64,000 bases of DNA from the IMG/VR virus record IMGVR_UViG_3300009376_000008; one strand, 5' to 3'. The stretch comes from an uncultured virus (IMG/VR IMGVR_UViG_3300009376_000008). Its lineage: Duplodnaviria; Heunggongvirae; Uroviricota; Caudoviricetes. The position numbers and the translations under genes were made by a program. Below are positions 16,731-29,500 of this stretch, one piece after another; within the stretch, counting starts at the first letter, position 1; each line of letters starts with the position of its first letter. Under the pieces are notes generated by a model that saw nothing but the letters and a program-made list of their open reading frames with translations, was not told where the DNA came from and ran no database searches.

Positions 16731-19700
16731 GACGAGGAATTCTTTAAATCACTTGCAGAGGCCATCATCTTACTAATGTTTTGCGTTAACGATTGGAACT
16801 GGCCAAATTTCTGCATCGGAGATAATTTTAGTTTTGTTTTGAAGTCGCCAGGTGCCAAAGTGTGATCAATCCCTGTAACAACGTAGACATCATCAAGACT
16901 AGTGCCTGTACCAAAATCAACAAAAAACTGTTGACCGAATTGTACAGCTGGACAGCCGTAGGTTTCTAATGATAGTGATGATGGAAATGTTCGCAATGGA
17001 AGGCCGTCATCCTGGCCAGGCTTTGAGCCTGCAGGCTTAACTGACGTCATGTGAATTGTTGCCATTTTCCCATCCGACTTTGTTGCCAAAGACGCTGCGA
17101 TAACTGCACTAGTGGCTGTTCCATATTTAATGCTAGGCATATTTCTTGTCAGAAGATATCGCATCCCTGCGGGGCCGCCTTTGATTCTTACATAAGGTCT
17201 TTCTAGAACTGCTTTTTCTTGATCAGTATCATCCTCACTGGGTGTGTTTCCTGCAGCATCTGTTTTTGGATCATAATCTATCCAATCTGCAACGGCGTCA
17301 GAATTAATAGTCTCCAAGAGATCAAGTGCCTCTACAACAGCCCATTGTCTTCCCCAAGAATCTCCATGTTTACTGCCTTGATTTGCAGGTCCAGTTTTAT
17401 CCGGAGGCTCTGAGAAATTCTTGTTTTCTGATACTGCAGCACGATTGATGCTTGAGGATAAAGAGGATCTCAGGCTATCCCACATTTGAGAAAACCCGCT
17501 ATAGGATGTACAGGCTGAATCGAAGAAATGAAGTCGCAAAATAGTCTTTTGGTTTCCGCCTTCCTGATCTTTTCGCTGCGGGACGCACTCAATGTATATT
17601 TGTACTTGAGGCCTTTTAAAAGAAAGAGAGGCGTCTGTAGATCCATAAGCTTTGGCCAATACTTTCTTTTTCTCAGACGATACTTTTGCTTGTTCGGATT
17701 TATTTTTTTCATAAGCTTTAGCCAACTTGGCTTTTCCGGTTTCTGGGTCCCTATCGTATAGGTCTGCGAACCCATAAGCATCGCATGCCATGTTTCCAAA
17801 AAAATTAGAATTCATTTTTCCAATAAAGGATGCAATTGTCATGGCGGGCCGTTTCTTAAACTCCTCTTTCATTATTGTGAAAAAGTTAGCTTTGTTGACT
17901 GGGAAACACCCAACATCCAAGTCGAAGCACCAAGAGGACTGCGAATTGAATGGATAAAATAAAAGTTGAACTTCGTCAAATTTACGTGTTGCTGCCAATG
18001 GGGCAGCAATAAAATCTAAACAAAGCCTTGCAAAAGATACGTGATCTTTTCCTCTTGCTGGATCCGTCTCACTGCTTAGTTCGCCTCTGGCTCTAATACC
18101 ATTCTCTTCCTGAACCTTTATAAAGGGGTCTGGTTTTTTGTCTATACCATTTGTAACGCTAGTAAACCAAGCGTCAATCATGTTTCCAAAACTGTCTGCA
18201 TTTCCAGCTACTTCTCCAAGCTTAGCTCCGAGATCGCCATATTCTCCTTCGTTGTTTTTTAACGAACGAACTAATGAGTTAAGTTCTGCCCGATCTTCTC
18301 TGGACATACCCATAATAGCTTGAGCACTATTCGCTTTTCCTAATACGTCTTGCCCGACCATCTCTTCGTTATCATCTAAATCGCCTCGAATCTTTCGCTT
18401 TAATTCCCGAATGTCCTTAAATAGCCGTTGCATAACAGCAACCTGATCACTAATTTCAGCACTTGTAATAAGCCACGAAGTTGTTTCATAAGAGCCCTTC
18501 GTATAAATCTTACATTTTATATCTACTTCTCCGACATCGTTAAAACTAAGAGTGCTATTTTGAATTCCAAACTTTTGTTGGTGCTTCATGCTACCAATAA
18601 GATCTGCAATCGGATTTGTCCCTTGACCATATTCTGGATGTGTCCAGCCATAGTCTACTAGTAACTCTATTTCTCCAAGGCCGCTAGGTCGTACAAAAGA
18701 AGAAATCTCGTGTAATCTAGATCGATCATGGAGCGTAAAAGCTATATCCCCTGTCTGCGTAGACATCATACCTCTAGTCGGGGCAACTTTTAGGTTTAAG
18801 GATTTAAAAGTCATAAATGGCCGAAACTTATCAATAGTCGGGGTAGGCCTAGCTGCATTGAGTTGGCCTTCAACAGGAGGGCCTAAATCAGTATGGTGAT
18901 TATCAGCGTCGACCATTGTCTGAGGGCTGGTAAACACTTCCATGCCTGCAACTGTTACTGCAGTTTCTTCTAAAACTGGCTGCCCATTTTCATCATAAGC
19001 CGTTGTCCCATCTGGATTCTTTTTAACTGTTAAAGTTGGATCTAGCCCCAAGGGAAGTGCTGATGCAAGTCGTCCAGTGAGGTTTAATTTATCTCCATCA
19101 TATGCATCTGCCTTACCATGGAGAAACCTAAATAACGAGATTCCATCGCCTAGCTTCTTTGTGGCCTCATCGACAGGTGCCATTGTTGTGATTATCTTGA
19201 TATCAACGAATGGTTGACATTTAGACATCTCTATAGTTGGAATCATGTTCATAAATGTTCCAACGACCCCAGCATCTCGATTAGCAAAATTTAAAGCTAC
19301 ATCATGAAACTGAATTATAGAAATGTTTGGATCTTCTTTTGTAGGGTTATCGAAGCTTGAATTATAATTTTCGTCTAATAATTCCTGCATTGTTACATTA
19401 TTAACAAACTTTGGACCGGTATCAGGCCCGGCAGTAATCGTAAATAACCTATCCTCATCCGAATCTATTGCAGCTGCGACATCTCCTTCGAGTCCGCCAG
19501 CATCTCCTACAAACGCAGAAAGGTCAGCTATAAATGCAGCGATCCCAGTACCGCCATCTGTAAGACCCAAAAGACCATCGATTACTCGAGTAAACGCCTT
19601 ACCAGCCTCTGTATCTGGGACTGTTACACTATTTGTTAATTCATTATATTCTGCTAAGCCTGCAACAGGCTCTGGTACATCACCTACGGAAGCTACGTTT

Positions 19701-19792
19701 AGTAACCTAGCCATAAACTGATGCTGACTTATTTCACCAACGTATGGCCCTAAGGCCGCCACTGCTGCTTGTAGAATATCGTTACGACTCAT
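16727..19792 (-). CDS. Large baseplate hub-like protein (gp27/VgrG-type, by position)
   Basis: Follows the LysM/gpX gene; VDYGW motif; C-terminal GCP...FGQQFFVDFGTG...YVVTGIDHTL.PG.F.T.L typical of hub proteins. Confidence 0.6.
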   Translation of the reverse strand: MSRNDILQAAVAALGPYVGEISQHQFMARLLNVASVGDVPEPVAGLAEYNELTNSVTVPDTEAGKAFTRVIDGLLGLTDGGTGIAAFIADLSAFVGDAGGLEGDVAAAIDSDEDRLFTITAGPDTGPKFVNNVTMQELLDENYNSSFDNPTKEDPNISIIQFHDVALNFANRDAGVVGTFMNMIPTIEMSKCQPFVDIKIITTMAPVDEATKKLGDGISLFRFLHGKADAYDGDKLNLTGRLASALPLGLDPTLTVKKNPDGTTAYDENGQPVLEETAVTVAGMEVFTSPQTMVDADNHHTDLGPPVEGQLNAARPTPTIDKFRPFMTFKSLNLKVAPTRGMMSTQTGDIAFTLHDRSRLHEISSFVRPSGLGEIELLVDYGWTHPEYGQGTNPIADLIGSMKHQQKFGIQNSTLSFNDVGEVDIKCKIYTKGSYETTSWLITSAEISDQVAVMQRLFKDIRELKRKIRGDLDDNEEMVGQDVLGKANSAQAIMGMSREDRAELNSLVRSLKNNEGEYGDLGAKLGEVAGNADSFGNMIDAWFTSVTNGIDKKPDPFIKVQEENGIRARGELSSETDPARGKDHVSFARLCLDFIAAPLAATRKFDEVQLLFYPFNSQSSWCFDLDVGCFPVNKANFFTIMKEEFKKRPAMTIASFIGKMNSNFFGNMACDAYGFADLYDRDPETGKAKLAKAYEKNKSEQAKVSSEKKKVLAKAYGSTDASLSFKRPQVQIYIECVPQRKDQEGGNQKTILRLHFFDSACTSYSGFSQMWDSLRSSLSSSINRAAVSENKNFSEPPDKTGPANQGSKHGDSWGRQWAVVEALDLLETINSDAVADWIDYDPKTDAAGNTPSEDDTDQEKAVLERPYVRIKGGPAGMRYLLTRNMPSIKYGTATSAVIAASLATKSDGKMATIHMTSVKPAGSKPGQDDGLPLRTFPSSLSLETYGCPAVQFGQQFFVDFGTGTSLDDVYVVTGIDHTLAPGDFKTKLKLSPMQKFGQFQSLTQNISKMMASASDLKNSSS

Positions 19793-20089
19793 TTAGCCTA
19801 CCACCTGTCTAACTTGTTCTAGGTTACGAGGAATTAAGATTCTAGTCCCGGGTGGAACTTGCAGTCCCCAACCAATCCCCGAAGTTGCTGCTAGTATCCA
19901 CCAATCTCTTGAGTCTCCCAGAAATTTTGCAGCAAGATGGTCGAGGCGTTCGTTTTCTTTTAATACGTGAACTGTCGTTTTAATTCGACCCTCGATGACC
20001 ATTACCCTAAGAAGCCGCATCGTTGTCGCAGTCCCTCTTAATCTACCGCCACGTAAAAATTTATCTCTTTGGTATCGTCTTAATGGCAT
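19793..20089 (-). CDS. LysM/gpX-like baseplate protein
   Basis: ERLDHLAAKFLGDSRDWWILA...VPPGTRILIP. Confidence 0.8.
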   Translation of the reverse strand: MPLRRYQRDKFLRGGRLRGTATTMRLLRVMVIEGRIKTTVHVLKENERLDHLAAKFLGDSRDWWILAATSGIGWGLQVPPGTRILIPRNLEQVRQVVG

Positions 20090-23000
20090 TAGAATAGACC
20101 TCCTAGAGCATCAAGGGCTGATTCTTCTCCAGCGACTTCTGGATCTTCAGCAATTGCCTGTATCCGCTTGTCTTCAGCAACAACAGACTGTTGATCTTCA
20201 GCTGACAAAGGAGAGCTCTCTATTCGATTCTGGCCGTCCCATGCATCGCCGGCAATATCCCCGGAGGAAGCCATCTTGTATACAGGGGCCCTGTTGTACC
20301 CATCGGAATCCAAACCAGGAGGAATATCGTGGATAGGCGTAAAGCCAATAGAGATTTCTAGCATTGTTGGGCCGCGAGTACCAGGATCAATGTCCCATGG
20401 AGCTTCGTTTAGTTTATAACCTATGTCAAGACCGGTAATCACTCCTGCAAGTCCGCGACCCATAGAACTTTCGAAAGCCTTAAACAATGGATTATTCGGA
20501 CCGAACATTTCCGCAGCTATTTTGCCTGCATCTGTATCTAAATCGCCTGCTTCAAGCTTCCTTTCAGCCTCAGCATCCGCATCAAGATGGGGTTTAACAG
20601 TTGAATTCTCGGCTAGCATCGGCCAAGTGACACTGTTGGATACCGACCTAGCAAACGATGTACCGTCAGTAATAAGGTGCTTATAGTAAACTGTAACTTC
20701 AGAAGAGGTCGAAGTTGTCGTACCAGCATAAACATCATTCGGGTCTTTATAAGTAACGCTTTTAAAAATATCATTATCACAAGTAACTTTTACCAAAACA
20801 TCCCCAGACCCCTTCTTTTGTCTCTCAGCTCTCGAAAAACCTGGATCTTTTTTATATGAATTGATTGTGGCCTTAAACCTAGTCATAAGAACTCTTCCTC
20901 GACCATAGTGCGAGGTGGCCGATGGCAAAACTACATAGACTTCAGAATCTACAGGAAACCCTTTACTCTCATCTGGGTCACCTGTTTCTGCATCGACTGG
21001 CGTCTGCTTACAAATTGCCTGGGCAGCTTTAACAGCGTTATCATAATGATGCCCTTCAGGATTTTCGCCAGTACCCCAGCCTTTATCACCACCCTCAGAA
21101 GTTCCAAATAGTCTTGTTAGATTAAACTTAGAATAATTGGTCTGGATAATGTCCCCAATTCTAAGACGAACAACTGGTGTAGCAGTTGGAATCTGACTAA
21201 ATGGCTGAACGTAATTTGCATTCCCGGCCTCAAACTCAGATTGCAATACAGTTCCCCTAGACCACTGTGGATATACCATAGTCACTAGCTTATTTAGCTT
21301 AACATACATTTCGTTCATGTCTTCTTTTTGCATAGCTGCCATTGTAAACGTTACACTTATAGATCGACTTGTCTTTTGATATACCTGTACATCCTCAATT
21401 CTACCAAAGCCAGAAGTTGCATTATACGATGGAGAGAAGCTATCGGATAAACTAGATAGAAATGCATGAAACGCAACGATTTCATTAGTACGCAAATCCT
21501 GAATATAGAACGGCATGTATTCTGCTTCTAGTAAGCCTTCTATAAAATTCACTTCAGCAGGAGCAAACCTTTTTCTCGTTGTATCAGTTGGTGGACCAAT
21601 CTTAGAATGAAGTGCGGACTCTACTGTTTTTGCATCTTCTAACAGAGTTCCGTATACTTGCCCCATGAAGTGGTGCAGTGATGGATTAATTAGATGATTT
21701 GCCAACAAGGCAGCATTACGTTGTGTATAATCCCCTGTGCCTTGGCCGAATCGGCGGGCCGAATTTGAGAACCCACCTGGCAAAAGATACATAGACGGTA
21801 GCCTGTTAATAGACTGTGCAATTTCCATTGCTGGTTTGCCAGCCTCGTCTAAAACCCTCGTTCTGGACCTAAACGGGGCGAAACTAGGATGGGTATCCCA
21901 GTAGCCGCGGTTGTCGGTACCGTGCTTAAAGCCGTTTGGCGAAAATGCAGGGGTAGTGGTTAAGTCCCCGCCAGACGCAAATAGAGCCTCGCCTAGCGAA
22001 ACTAGTGCTCTAATTAACCTTATTACAGAAGAGTCTCTTAGTGCCATTAAAAATGCATCAAGTGCAAATAAAAGTTGGGCTCCAGGGATTACTTCTCCAG
22101 CATCAGAAAGCTTAGGCATCGGCCAAAGTTTATCAAGATCTGTCAGTAGTCTTACAAAGTGCCTAAGGAATGGAGACCAAAAAACCACCATACTTGCATC
22201 ATCGCCTATCATTTTCCCAAGATGACCTACAGTTGCCCCAATAAATGAACCCCAGAAATCATCTTCGTAAGCGAGTGCATCGATAGCTGTCCAAGGAACT
22301 GGTATTTCTAACCAGTTCATCATAGATTCAAAATCGAGAGAGCCACCTATAGGTAAAGCATCTAGGAGTGCTGCACCGAGGCCGGTTTCTGGTGGTGTGG
22401 CTAATATATCTGATTTTCGGCCGATTGAAGAACCATAAGCCAAATCCCAATTTGGTACATTACCAACACCTCTAGTGGGCTGAATTATACCATCTTCATC
22501 TTCTTCCTTTTCAGGTTTGGTAATAGCTGCGCCTAATCCAGAAATTCCAAGGCCGACGACTTCAAGAACTAACTGCATAAGAAACGCAGCAACAAAAGAT
22601 TGCTTACCAACATAATACCAGTCTGGCGTATCGTAATTTAATTCGCGCATTTTATCCAGCAAGCCTTCAAGGTAACCAAGTTTGCCTTCTGCATCATCAA
22701 ATGGAATTGAATTCCATTCTTCGCCAAGAGGATCATGGCCCATCCATGTACCGAGCAATCCATCAGTTTCTGGCCAGTCGCCAGAGTTTTTAGTCATTTC
22801 CTCAGAATAATCTTTGTTAATGTATGCACTATCAACGAAAGGCCGGTCTGGGGTATACCTTCTTTGCGTGTCCTTAATTTTACCGGCTAAAGCCCCAAAC
22901 ATTGGAGTATCTGCGTTTTGTAGGCCGAACGTAGTATCATTCTCAGGATAATAACCTCTTGTCCACCTATTATTCCTAAGCGTTGCTGATGTGGCAACCT

Positions 23001-23541
23001 CTGGGTGTACTTCGTCGAGAACTGCTTTGGTTTCTGCCGGCATACTTTCGTGAGTCCTTCCCGTAGTTTCGTCAAACGGTGCACCAGCAAACCTGTTAAG
23101 GACATCATGTCCGTCTTCTTGGCCATCCTTATTTAAAATCGTGTCAACATGATTCTCTTCGTCGACACCACCGCCGAAGAAAGCTCCTTCGCTTTCAAAT
23201 ACCCGGATAGCCTCGTTTAAAGCATCCTCGTATGTTGTTGTAAAACCATATTCGTTTGCTGTCGGGCCGACAGGTTTGCCGTTAGCATCTGTTAGTGAAT
23301 AATCTGATGCGCCTTCTGTATCTTCTACAGGCCACATGTTTATGTTTTCTAAAGCATTGTCAGATGAAGGTCCGCCTGTTCTTTGGTGAAGATACTCTCC
23401 TATCTTTTCCTTTACAGACGTGGGAATATCGTCGCCATAAGGCTCAAGTAAACCATTGCCATCAGAATCCTCAGGCCGGATCGGATCTGGATCATCTCCA
23501 TAGCCTTTTAAGGATTCAATTAATTCGCCAATTGTTGCCAT
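20089..23541 (-). CDS. Baseplate/tail-tube-initiator-like protein with a long N-terminal extension
   Basis: C-terminal half has FHAFLSSLSDSFSPSY...GRIEDVQVYQKTSRSISVTF, P.VRLRIGD, G.ITGL and PWDID...ISIGFTPIH; sits between tape measure and LysM genes. Confidence 0.6.
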   Translation of the reverse strand: MATIGELIESLKGYGDDPDPIRPEDSDGNGLLEPYGDDIPTSVKEKIGEYLHQRTGGPSSDNALENINMWPVEDTEGASDYSLTDANGKPVGPTANEYGFTTTYEDALNEAIRVFESEGAFFGGGVDEENHVDTILNKDGQEDGHDVLNRFAGAPFDETTGRTHESMPAETKAVLDEVHPEVATSATLRNNRWTRGYYPENDTTFGLQNADTPMFGALAGKIKDTQRRYTPDRPFVDSAYINKDYSEEMTKNSGDWPETDGLLGTWMGHDPLGEEWNSIPFDDAEGKLGYLEGLLDKMRELNYDTPDWYYVGKQSFVAAFLMQLVLEVVGLGISGLGAAITKPEKEEDEDGIIQPTRGVGNVPNWDLAYGSSIGRKSDILATPPETGLGAALLDALPIGGSLDFESMMNWLEIPVPWTAIDALAYEDDFWGSFIGATVGHLGKMIGDDASMVVFWSPFLRHFVRLLTDLDKLWPMPKLSDAGEVIPGAQLLFALDAFLMALRDSSVIRLIRALVSLGEALFASGGDLTTTPAFSPNGFKHGTDNRGYWDTHPSFAPFRSRTRVLDEAGKPAMEIAQSINRLPSMYLLPGGFSNSARRFGQGTGDYTQRNAALLANHLINPSLHHFMGQVYGTLLEDAKTVESALHSKIGPPTDTTRKRFAPAEVNFIEGLLEAEYMPFYIQDLRTNEIVAFHAFLSSLSDSFSPSYNATSGFGRIEDVQVYQKTSRSISVTFTMAAMQKEDMNEMYVKLNKLVTMVYPQWSRGTVLQSEFEAGNANYVQPFSQIPTATPVVRLRIGDIIQTNYSKFNLTRLFGTSEGGDKGWGTGENPEGHHYDNAVKAAQAICKQTPVDAETGDPDESKGFPVDSEVYVVLPSATSHYGRGRVLMTRFKATINSYKKDPGFSRAERQKKGSGDVLVKVTCDNDIFKSVTYKDPNDVYAGTTTSTSSEVTVYYKHLITDGTSFARSVSNSVTWPMLAENSTVKPHLDADAEAERKLEAGDLDTDAGKIAAEMFGPNNPLFKAFESSMGRGLAGVITGLDIGYKLNEAPWDIDPGTRGPTMLEISIGFTPIHDIPPGLDSDGYNRAPVYKMASSGDIAGDAWDGQNRIESSPLSAEDQQSVVAEDKRIQAIAEDPEVAGEESALDALGGLF

Positions 23542-23552
23542 TATTTAGTCAC

Positions 23553-26500
23553 CTATCCCAAAAATTCTGCATCGCCGACAGCGACGTCTCTTCCTTCGTT
23601 AATAACAAAATACGCACCATCATCAGGATTCAAGCTTGCCGCTAGCTGTTTAGAATCAATCCTTACATTCACTACCATATTAATAGCAAGACCCTTGTGG
23701 TTAACTTTTAATTCTCCAACACCCTGCAACCCTTCTGCAACCTTGGCCATAGTTGAATCGACGACTAGATCTTCTAGCGTTGTAAACGCTTGCGAGAGTT
23801 CATCAATCTTTTCAGCAGCCTTCTGAACAACAACCTCTGGGGTTACATTCATTTTTGCAAATTTGGCTGTTCTAAATAACGCAAACCTAACTCTATCTAG
23901 GGATTTTGCGACATGAATAAACCGATCTGCAAAGGCTCCTAGAATTTCAACAGATGCATCCATAGCTTCAGGACGGACCTTAAACTGAAGACCTTTTATC
24001 ATTTCTGTAAATGTCTCTTCAATTCTGTCAACCATAAATTCTACCATGCCCGGTGGAGGTGCAAAAGATATCATTTTATGCATTTCAAACCATAGAGCAT
24101 GAACGTCTACCATTAAGCCTATTAAGCCTTGGAGACCAGCTTTAGGTATAAGCTTAGCACCCATTCCGAGGGCCGCAATTCCACCCATCATTCCAATAGC
24201 GCTGGTAATCATAAATTCCATCGCTTTTGGTGGAGGTGCCATCTTAGCGATTTTAAACATTTTGAACCAAATGTCGGCAATATTGTCTAAAGCGTTAGTT
24301 ACAATAGCGCCTGTAACGCTTAGGCGTACAGTTTGCTTCGCTGTTTCTGTTATGATTTTATTGACTTCCTCGAGGCCTTCTGTCAAACCCCAAAGAGCTG
24401 TCCCAATAAACATAAGATCCTTCGCCCTACCAAACATGTCTTTCGCAGTAACATCAAAATCAAAGCCCTCGTATGCACCTTCGAGTAGCATACCAACTTT
24501 CTTACCCAAGAATTCAAGAGCTTGGACCGGTGGCGATACTTGCCACGCATAGACAACCCACTCAAAGAGAGGGATGAGATAATTTTCAATCAAGTGAGTT
24601 AGCATATAGAGTGATTTAGCCGCGCTATCTAGGGGAGGAGCATCGCTCAACCGTTCGTCTACATAGCGAATTAGACCATCGAGGCCGATCATACCTCCTG
24701 CGGTACCAGTAATTAAGAGAGCCATGTTGTGGATTGCTTCATTGGTTTTCGGCTTGAACCATTTTCCGCCAGATGCATCTCCAATAACTTTGAATAATGG
24801 AAGCAAGAAAGTCTCGATGAAAACCTTGAAACCAACGTATACAGTGGGATCTAATTTCCCCACCTTAAGAGATCCAACAGTGGTCATTAACGTCTGCAGG
24901 GTAGTTCCCGTTCCTGTTCCTACAATGGCGTTGTAAAGACTTTCTACGTCAGTTGCATTCCCGGGCGAACCTGACCATCTTCGAAGAGTCTGGAACATAG
25001 GGATTATACCTTTATCTGTCATAGCTTCCGCAGCAACCCAGACGGCTACCGCCTGTTTTCCTGTCTTGCCCATAGATAATGTAGAAGCATTTTGGATAGA
25101 TTTCACAAGCTGGCCGAAAATAGCATCATCTGCGAAAATGTCATTCAGGCCTTCGATATCAGCCTTTGCGCCTTTTATACCACCAGCACCTTTCATGTTT
25201 GTGATGGCAGTAGACATTTCACCCATTGCATCAAACCCAGCGACAACTACTTTGATTCGCGCGAGGACTGCCTTGGGGTTCTTGATACCTTTCGTTGCTT
25301 CTAAGACGCCTGCCATCAATAATCTCATGCCGTAAGCAGCTTCCTTGATAATGTCTGTCATCAAGCCGCCCTCCGATTCAGTCCCGAAAAGAAGCTTAAT
25401 TGATCCTTTCCAACTGGACATCTCTCCACCGCCATATTTGCCCATAATTTCCATGGCTCTTCCGACGGACTCCAGCATTGTGCCGACAACTTCCATGGCT
25501 TTAGCCACGAGCTCCAATCTAACCTTCATCGCACCAGGTCGCTTAATGCCCTTCGTTGCTTCCATGACGCCTTCCATTAGTAGTTTTATTCCACCAGCGG
25601 CGCCCTTCATGACCTTTACCATAAGGCCATCTGTTCCGAAGAAAAAGTCAATGTCGTCGGACCAAGATGTTGGTCGACCCTTTCCGTATTTATAAACCAT
25701 ATCCCAGGCTTTACCCATCCCGTCAATTGCTTTTCCGGCATTTTCCATTGCAAGAGAAATAAGGCCCATGCGTTCTTTCAGCATCTTCGGCTTTTTAATA
25801 CCCTTTGTTGCTTTTTGCATATAATAGATAAGCCACCAAAGACCGAGTCCAGCAGACTTCATCATCTTAATCATTAAACCGGTTCTGGGATGGAAGAATA
25901 CATCGATGTCTTGACTCCAAGACGTGGACCGATCTTTTCCAAACTTATAAACTATATCCCATGCCTTACCCATGGCGCCGAGAGCCTCTCCAGCAACCTT
26001 CATGGCCATTGCCACAACTTCCATTCGGCCTTTCATTATTACTGGGTCCATGCCCATAGTCGCGATGCGAACATAAATCATTAAAATCGCGAGTCCAAGG
26101 CCCATCGCCTTCATCATCCTAACCAGTAATCCATTAGGCCCGAAGTAGAAATTAACCTCGCTCTCCCATGAGCCAGTCTTATACTTGACGATCATGTCCA
26201 TGGCTTTAAGCATTGGGCCGATGCCTTCGCCGATAACGTTGACTGCCTGAACGATGACGCCCATTTGCTTCCCAGCTTTTTCTGGATCTTTAATTGCACG
26301 TGCCTGAGTCATCATGGTCTGGATCAACACTTTGATTGAGTCTACCATCTTGACCATGCCCTCAGCCATTAAGCCAACCATATCTCCCATAGCCGTCATC
26401 AGTTCTTTCATTTTAGTAGACTCATCGGTGCCTTTCTTACCGCTCCACAAGTTCCATCCTCCTCCACTCGAGGAGGCCTTGGCCGATGCTTGCATCGCCG

Positions 26501-29500
26501 TCATTGCGGGACCGAGTCCGGATGCCAAGCCAGTAACCGCTCCCATCACGGCAGCAATAACCTTGGCTACAGCCTCAAGGGCTTTAGGATCAATCTTCAT
26601 TTCACCGATAAGTTTGATAACAGGGACAAGCGCATTTAGAATCAAGACTGCAGCACCACCAAGAGCCCTAATAATTGGTCCGACAGACTTGGACATCATA
26701 TCCATATGAGCCCCCATCATCGCCATGACTTTATAGCCCCCTCTCCCTTTCGCAGCTTTCTTAAATACTTTTATTTGCTCTGGGGAAGGGGACATCTTTT
26801 CCATAATGTCTACAATGACGGCGAGTACTTTTGCCACGCCCTCAAGGGCTTTTGCAGCAGAGTCACTCTTAATCATGGAAGCAGCTATTAGCATCATGAC
26901 TATCATGTTCGAGCTTGCATTGATAATGCCAATAATAGCATTCTTCTGCATCCTCATAACTCTCTTCATGTTTTCAAGAGCTTTCTTCTTCCGTTTATTA
27001 CCCCACCAGTCGGCAGTTGCCTGAATCATCTTCATCATTTCTGGACTGGGCGTTACTGCCTGACCGAGCTTGGCAATAGAGCTTATGATATCACCAATAG
27101 CCTGTAAAGCTTGGAGGTTCTCTGGCTTAATTTCGGCTGTTGAAACTAGTGTTACGAGCTGCCCGATAATATCTTTAATCGGACACATTATTGAATCGAT
27201 AACGCCTTCCATGGCCTGGAGGTTTTCCTCCATTGTTGACTGCCCAGAAGTATCCATAGGCTGAGATGCAGCCATAGTCATGGCAACAGCAACCATCATA
27301 TCAGACATAGCTGACATAATCGCGCCGAGAGCTTCCGTAATTTGCTTAACGCTGGCCGGATCTTTTACTTTAATATTGGCGATTTTTTCGATTGCTGGCA
27401 TTAATTCATTAACCATGTGCACAGCCAACCCGCCTAATACGGCAAATCCAGCCGCAATAATTGCTACACCTGCAGTTCCAAACGGGAATGACATCAGCAT
27501 CATTCCCAGCAAACCAGCAACAGGCATCGCAAGCATGACTATACCCATCAATAACGACAGAGCAATCATGATAGGCGCCACTTGTTTTAATACGCTCGGA
27601 TTGATCGACGAGAACATCTTGGCAATAATCCACGCGACACCGCCTAACGCAATCATAGTAGCACCTAAGACCACTAGGCCGAGTGCTACTTGAGGCTTAG
27701 CAAACTTTGATGCTCCTTTCGCAAGCTTTAGAGCAATTGCGGCAGCCAGCATTGTGGCTCCCATGGTTAAAAAGAATAATCCGATCGTTGCTATTGGCGG
27801 CATCGGCATAGACATCTTAATCATCTTGATAATAGCCATTGCTACAAGGCCCAAAGCCACCATCAACGCAACGACAAGTATGCCGGCCTGGGTAGCCATG
27901 ATGATTTGTGGTGGAAGGAGTTTTGATAACGATTGGACAGCGCGGGCCATCCCGTCAAAAGCCATAGCCAATGCGATCATTATAGCAGCGGTCACTAAAG
28001 CCATTTTCGGATCTAGTTGTTTTACAACTTGATATAAGAGGAGAAATGCAGCTAAGGTTCCTAAGAAAGCCCCTACAATAAACAGCGTTATCATAGCCGC
28101 ATTATACATTGCAAGCGGCCAGACAATTACTCTTGTCCCTAAATCCTCTGCAATGTCAAGTAGGCTTTCTGTAGGCGCCGCAGGTGTTGGTGCCGCTGGA
28201 CCCATTGATGCAGCTGCACTTCCTACAGCTTTTAGCATTCCGCCTAAAATACCTTTCAAGACAGCGCCGGCTAAAGCAACTGCTGCAGCTGAGATTAAAG
28301 CCTTAGTGATAGCAATGATAAACATCCACTTAAGGGCTGTGAATAAATGAGGTTTTAACCATTCCCATAATTTGTTCATTCCCTCTAAGAGAGGAGGTCC
28401 TAATATTTTCCACAGCTCTACCGCTACAACTTTAATAGCTTCCCATAAAGCCATGAATGCTTCGCCCCAAGCGCCCATAACGCCTGTATCATCACTCCAG
28501 CTTATTGCAATATTCTTAATCTTGTCGGCAACCCAATGAATTAGGCCAGTAGCTAATTTTTCAAACATTTTAGCAGCTACCTTCATAAATCCGGCCAGCA
28601 TCTTGTTCCATTCAACAACAGCATCGGAACTAAAAAAGTCTCCTACTGAGGCAAAAATTTGATCTAGGAATTTCTGAATTGCTGCTGAGGGGTCTCCGCC
28701 TCCTTTAATATCCTTTGCAAAACCAACAATGAAACCAGATAATTTCTTAAACCACTTTACGATCTCGGCAAGATAAGCCTTCCATTTACCAACAAAACCC
28801 ATAGCGTCTTTGCTAAAAACTCCGCCAGATCCGAATAGCTGCTTTGCAAGATCCCTACCAATTTGAAAAACTTGACGAAGTGCTGAATGAAGGGCTGCAA
28901 AGAATTCTCTGTATGGCTTAGTATGCTTAAGGCCGCTGAGGAAACCTTCTTTAAAATGGCCAAAGAAAGTGTTTGACTGAACAGTCATTTGTTTAAAGGC
29001 TTTTTTAATCTCTTTAGCAGCCTCTCTCATTGCCTCTGCAGGATCCATCTCTTTCTGGGCATCCTCGGCCGCGGCAACCATATCATCATAATTAATGTCT
29101 GCGTTAGCTGGATCAAACATGGCATTAAGGTCGTTAGGATCAACGTTCATGGTTTCGGCTAAGTACGCACGTTGGTGCCTACTCATATCATCTATTGACT
29201 TGCCAGTCTCCATAAAGGATTGCCTCATCATATCCATCTGTTCGGCTGGAGACTCTGCATTCATAAGCGCCATGGCATCAACATTCATGCCGAATGCCTC
29301 ACCAAGCTTTGCAGCTCCTGATGCAGCGTCTTCAAAATTGCTGAAACTGTCAAACATACCCTTAAGGGATTTGACTTCAACACCGAGAGCAGAAGCATAA
29401 CCAGCCGTAGCAACCAATTCTTTCTGGGATAGATGACCAAAGGACTTCACATCTTCCTGAAGGGCTGTGAAATTCTTGCCGAGAGACTTCAGTTCTACAC

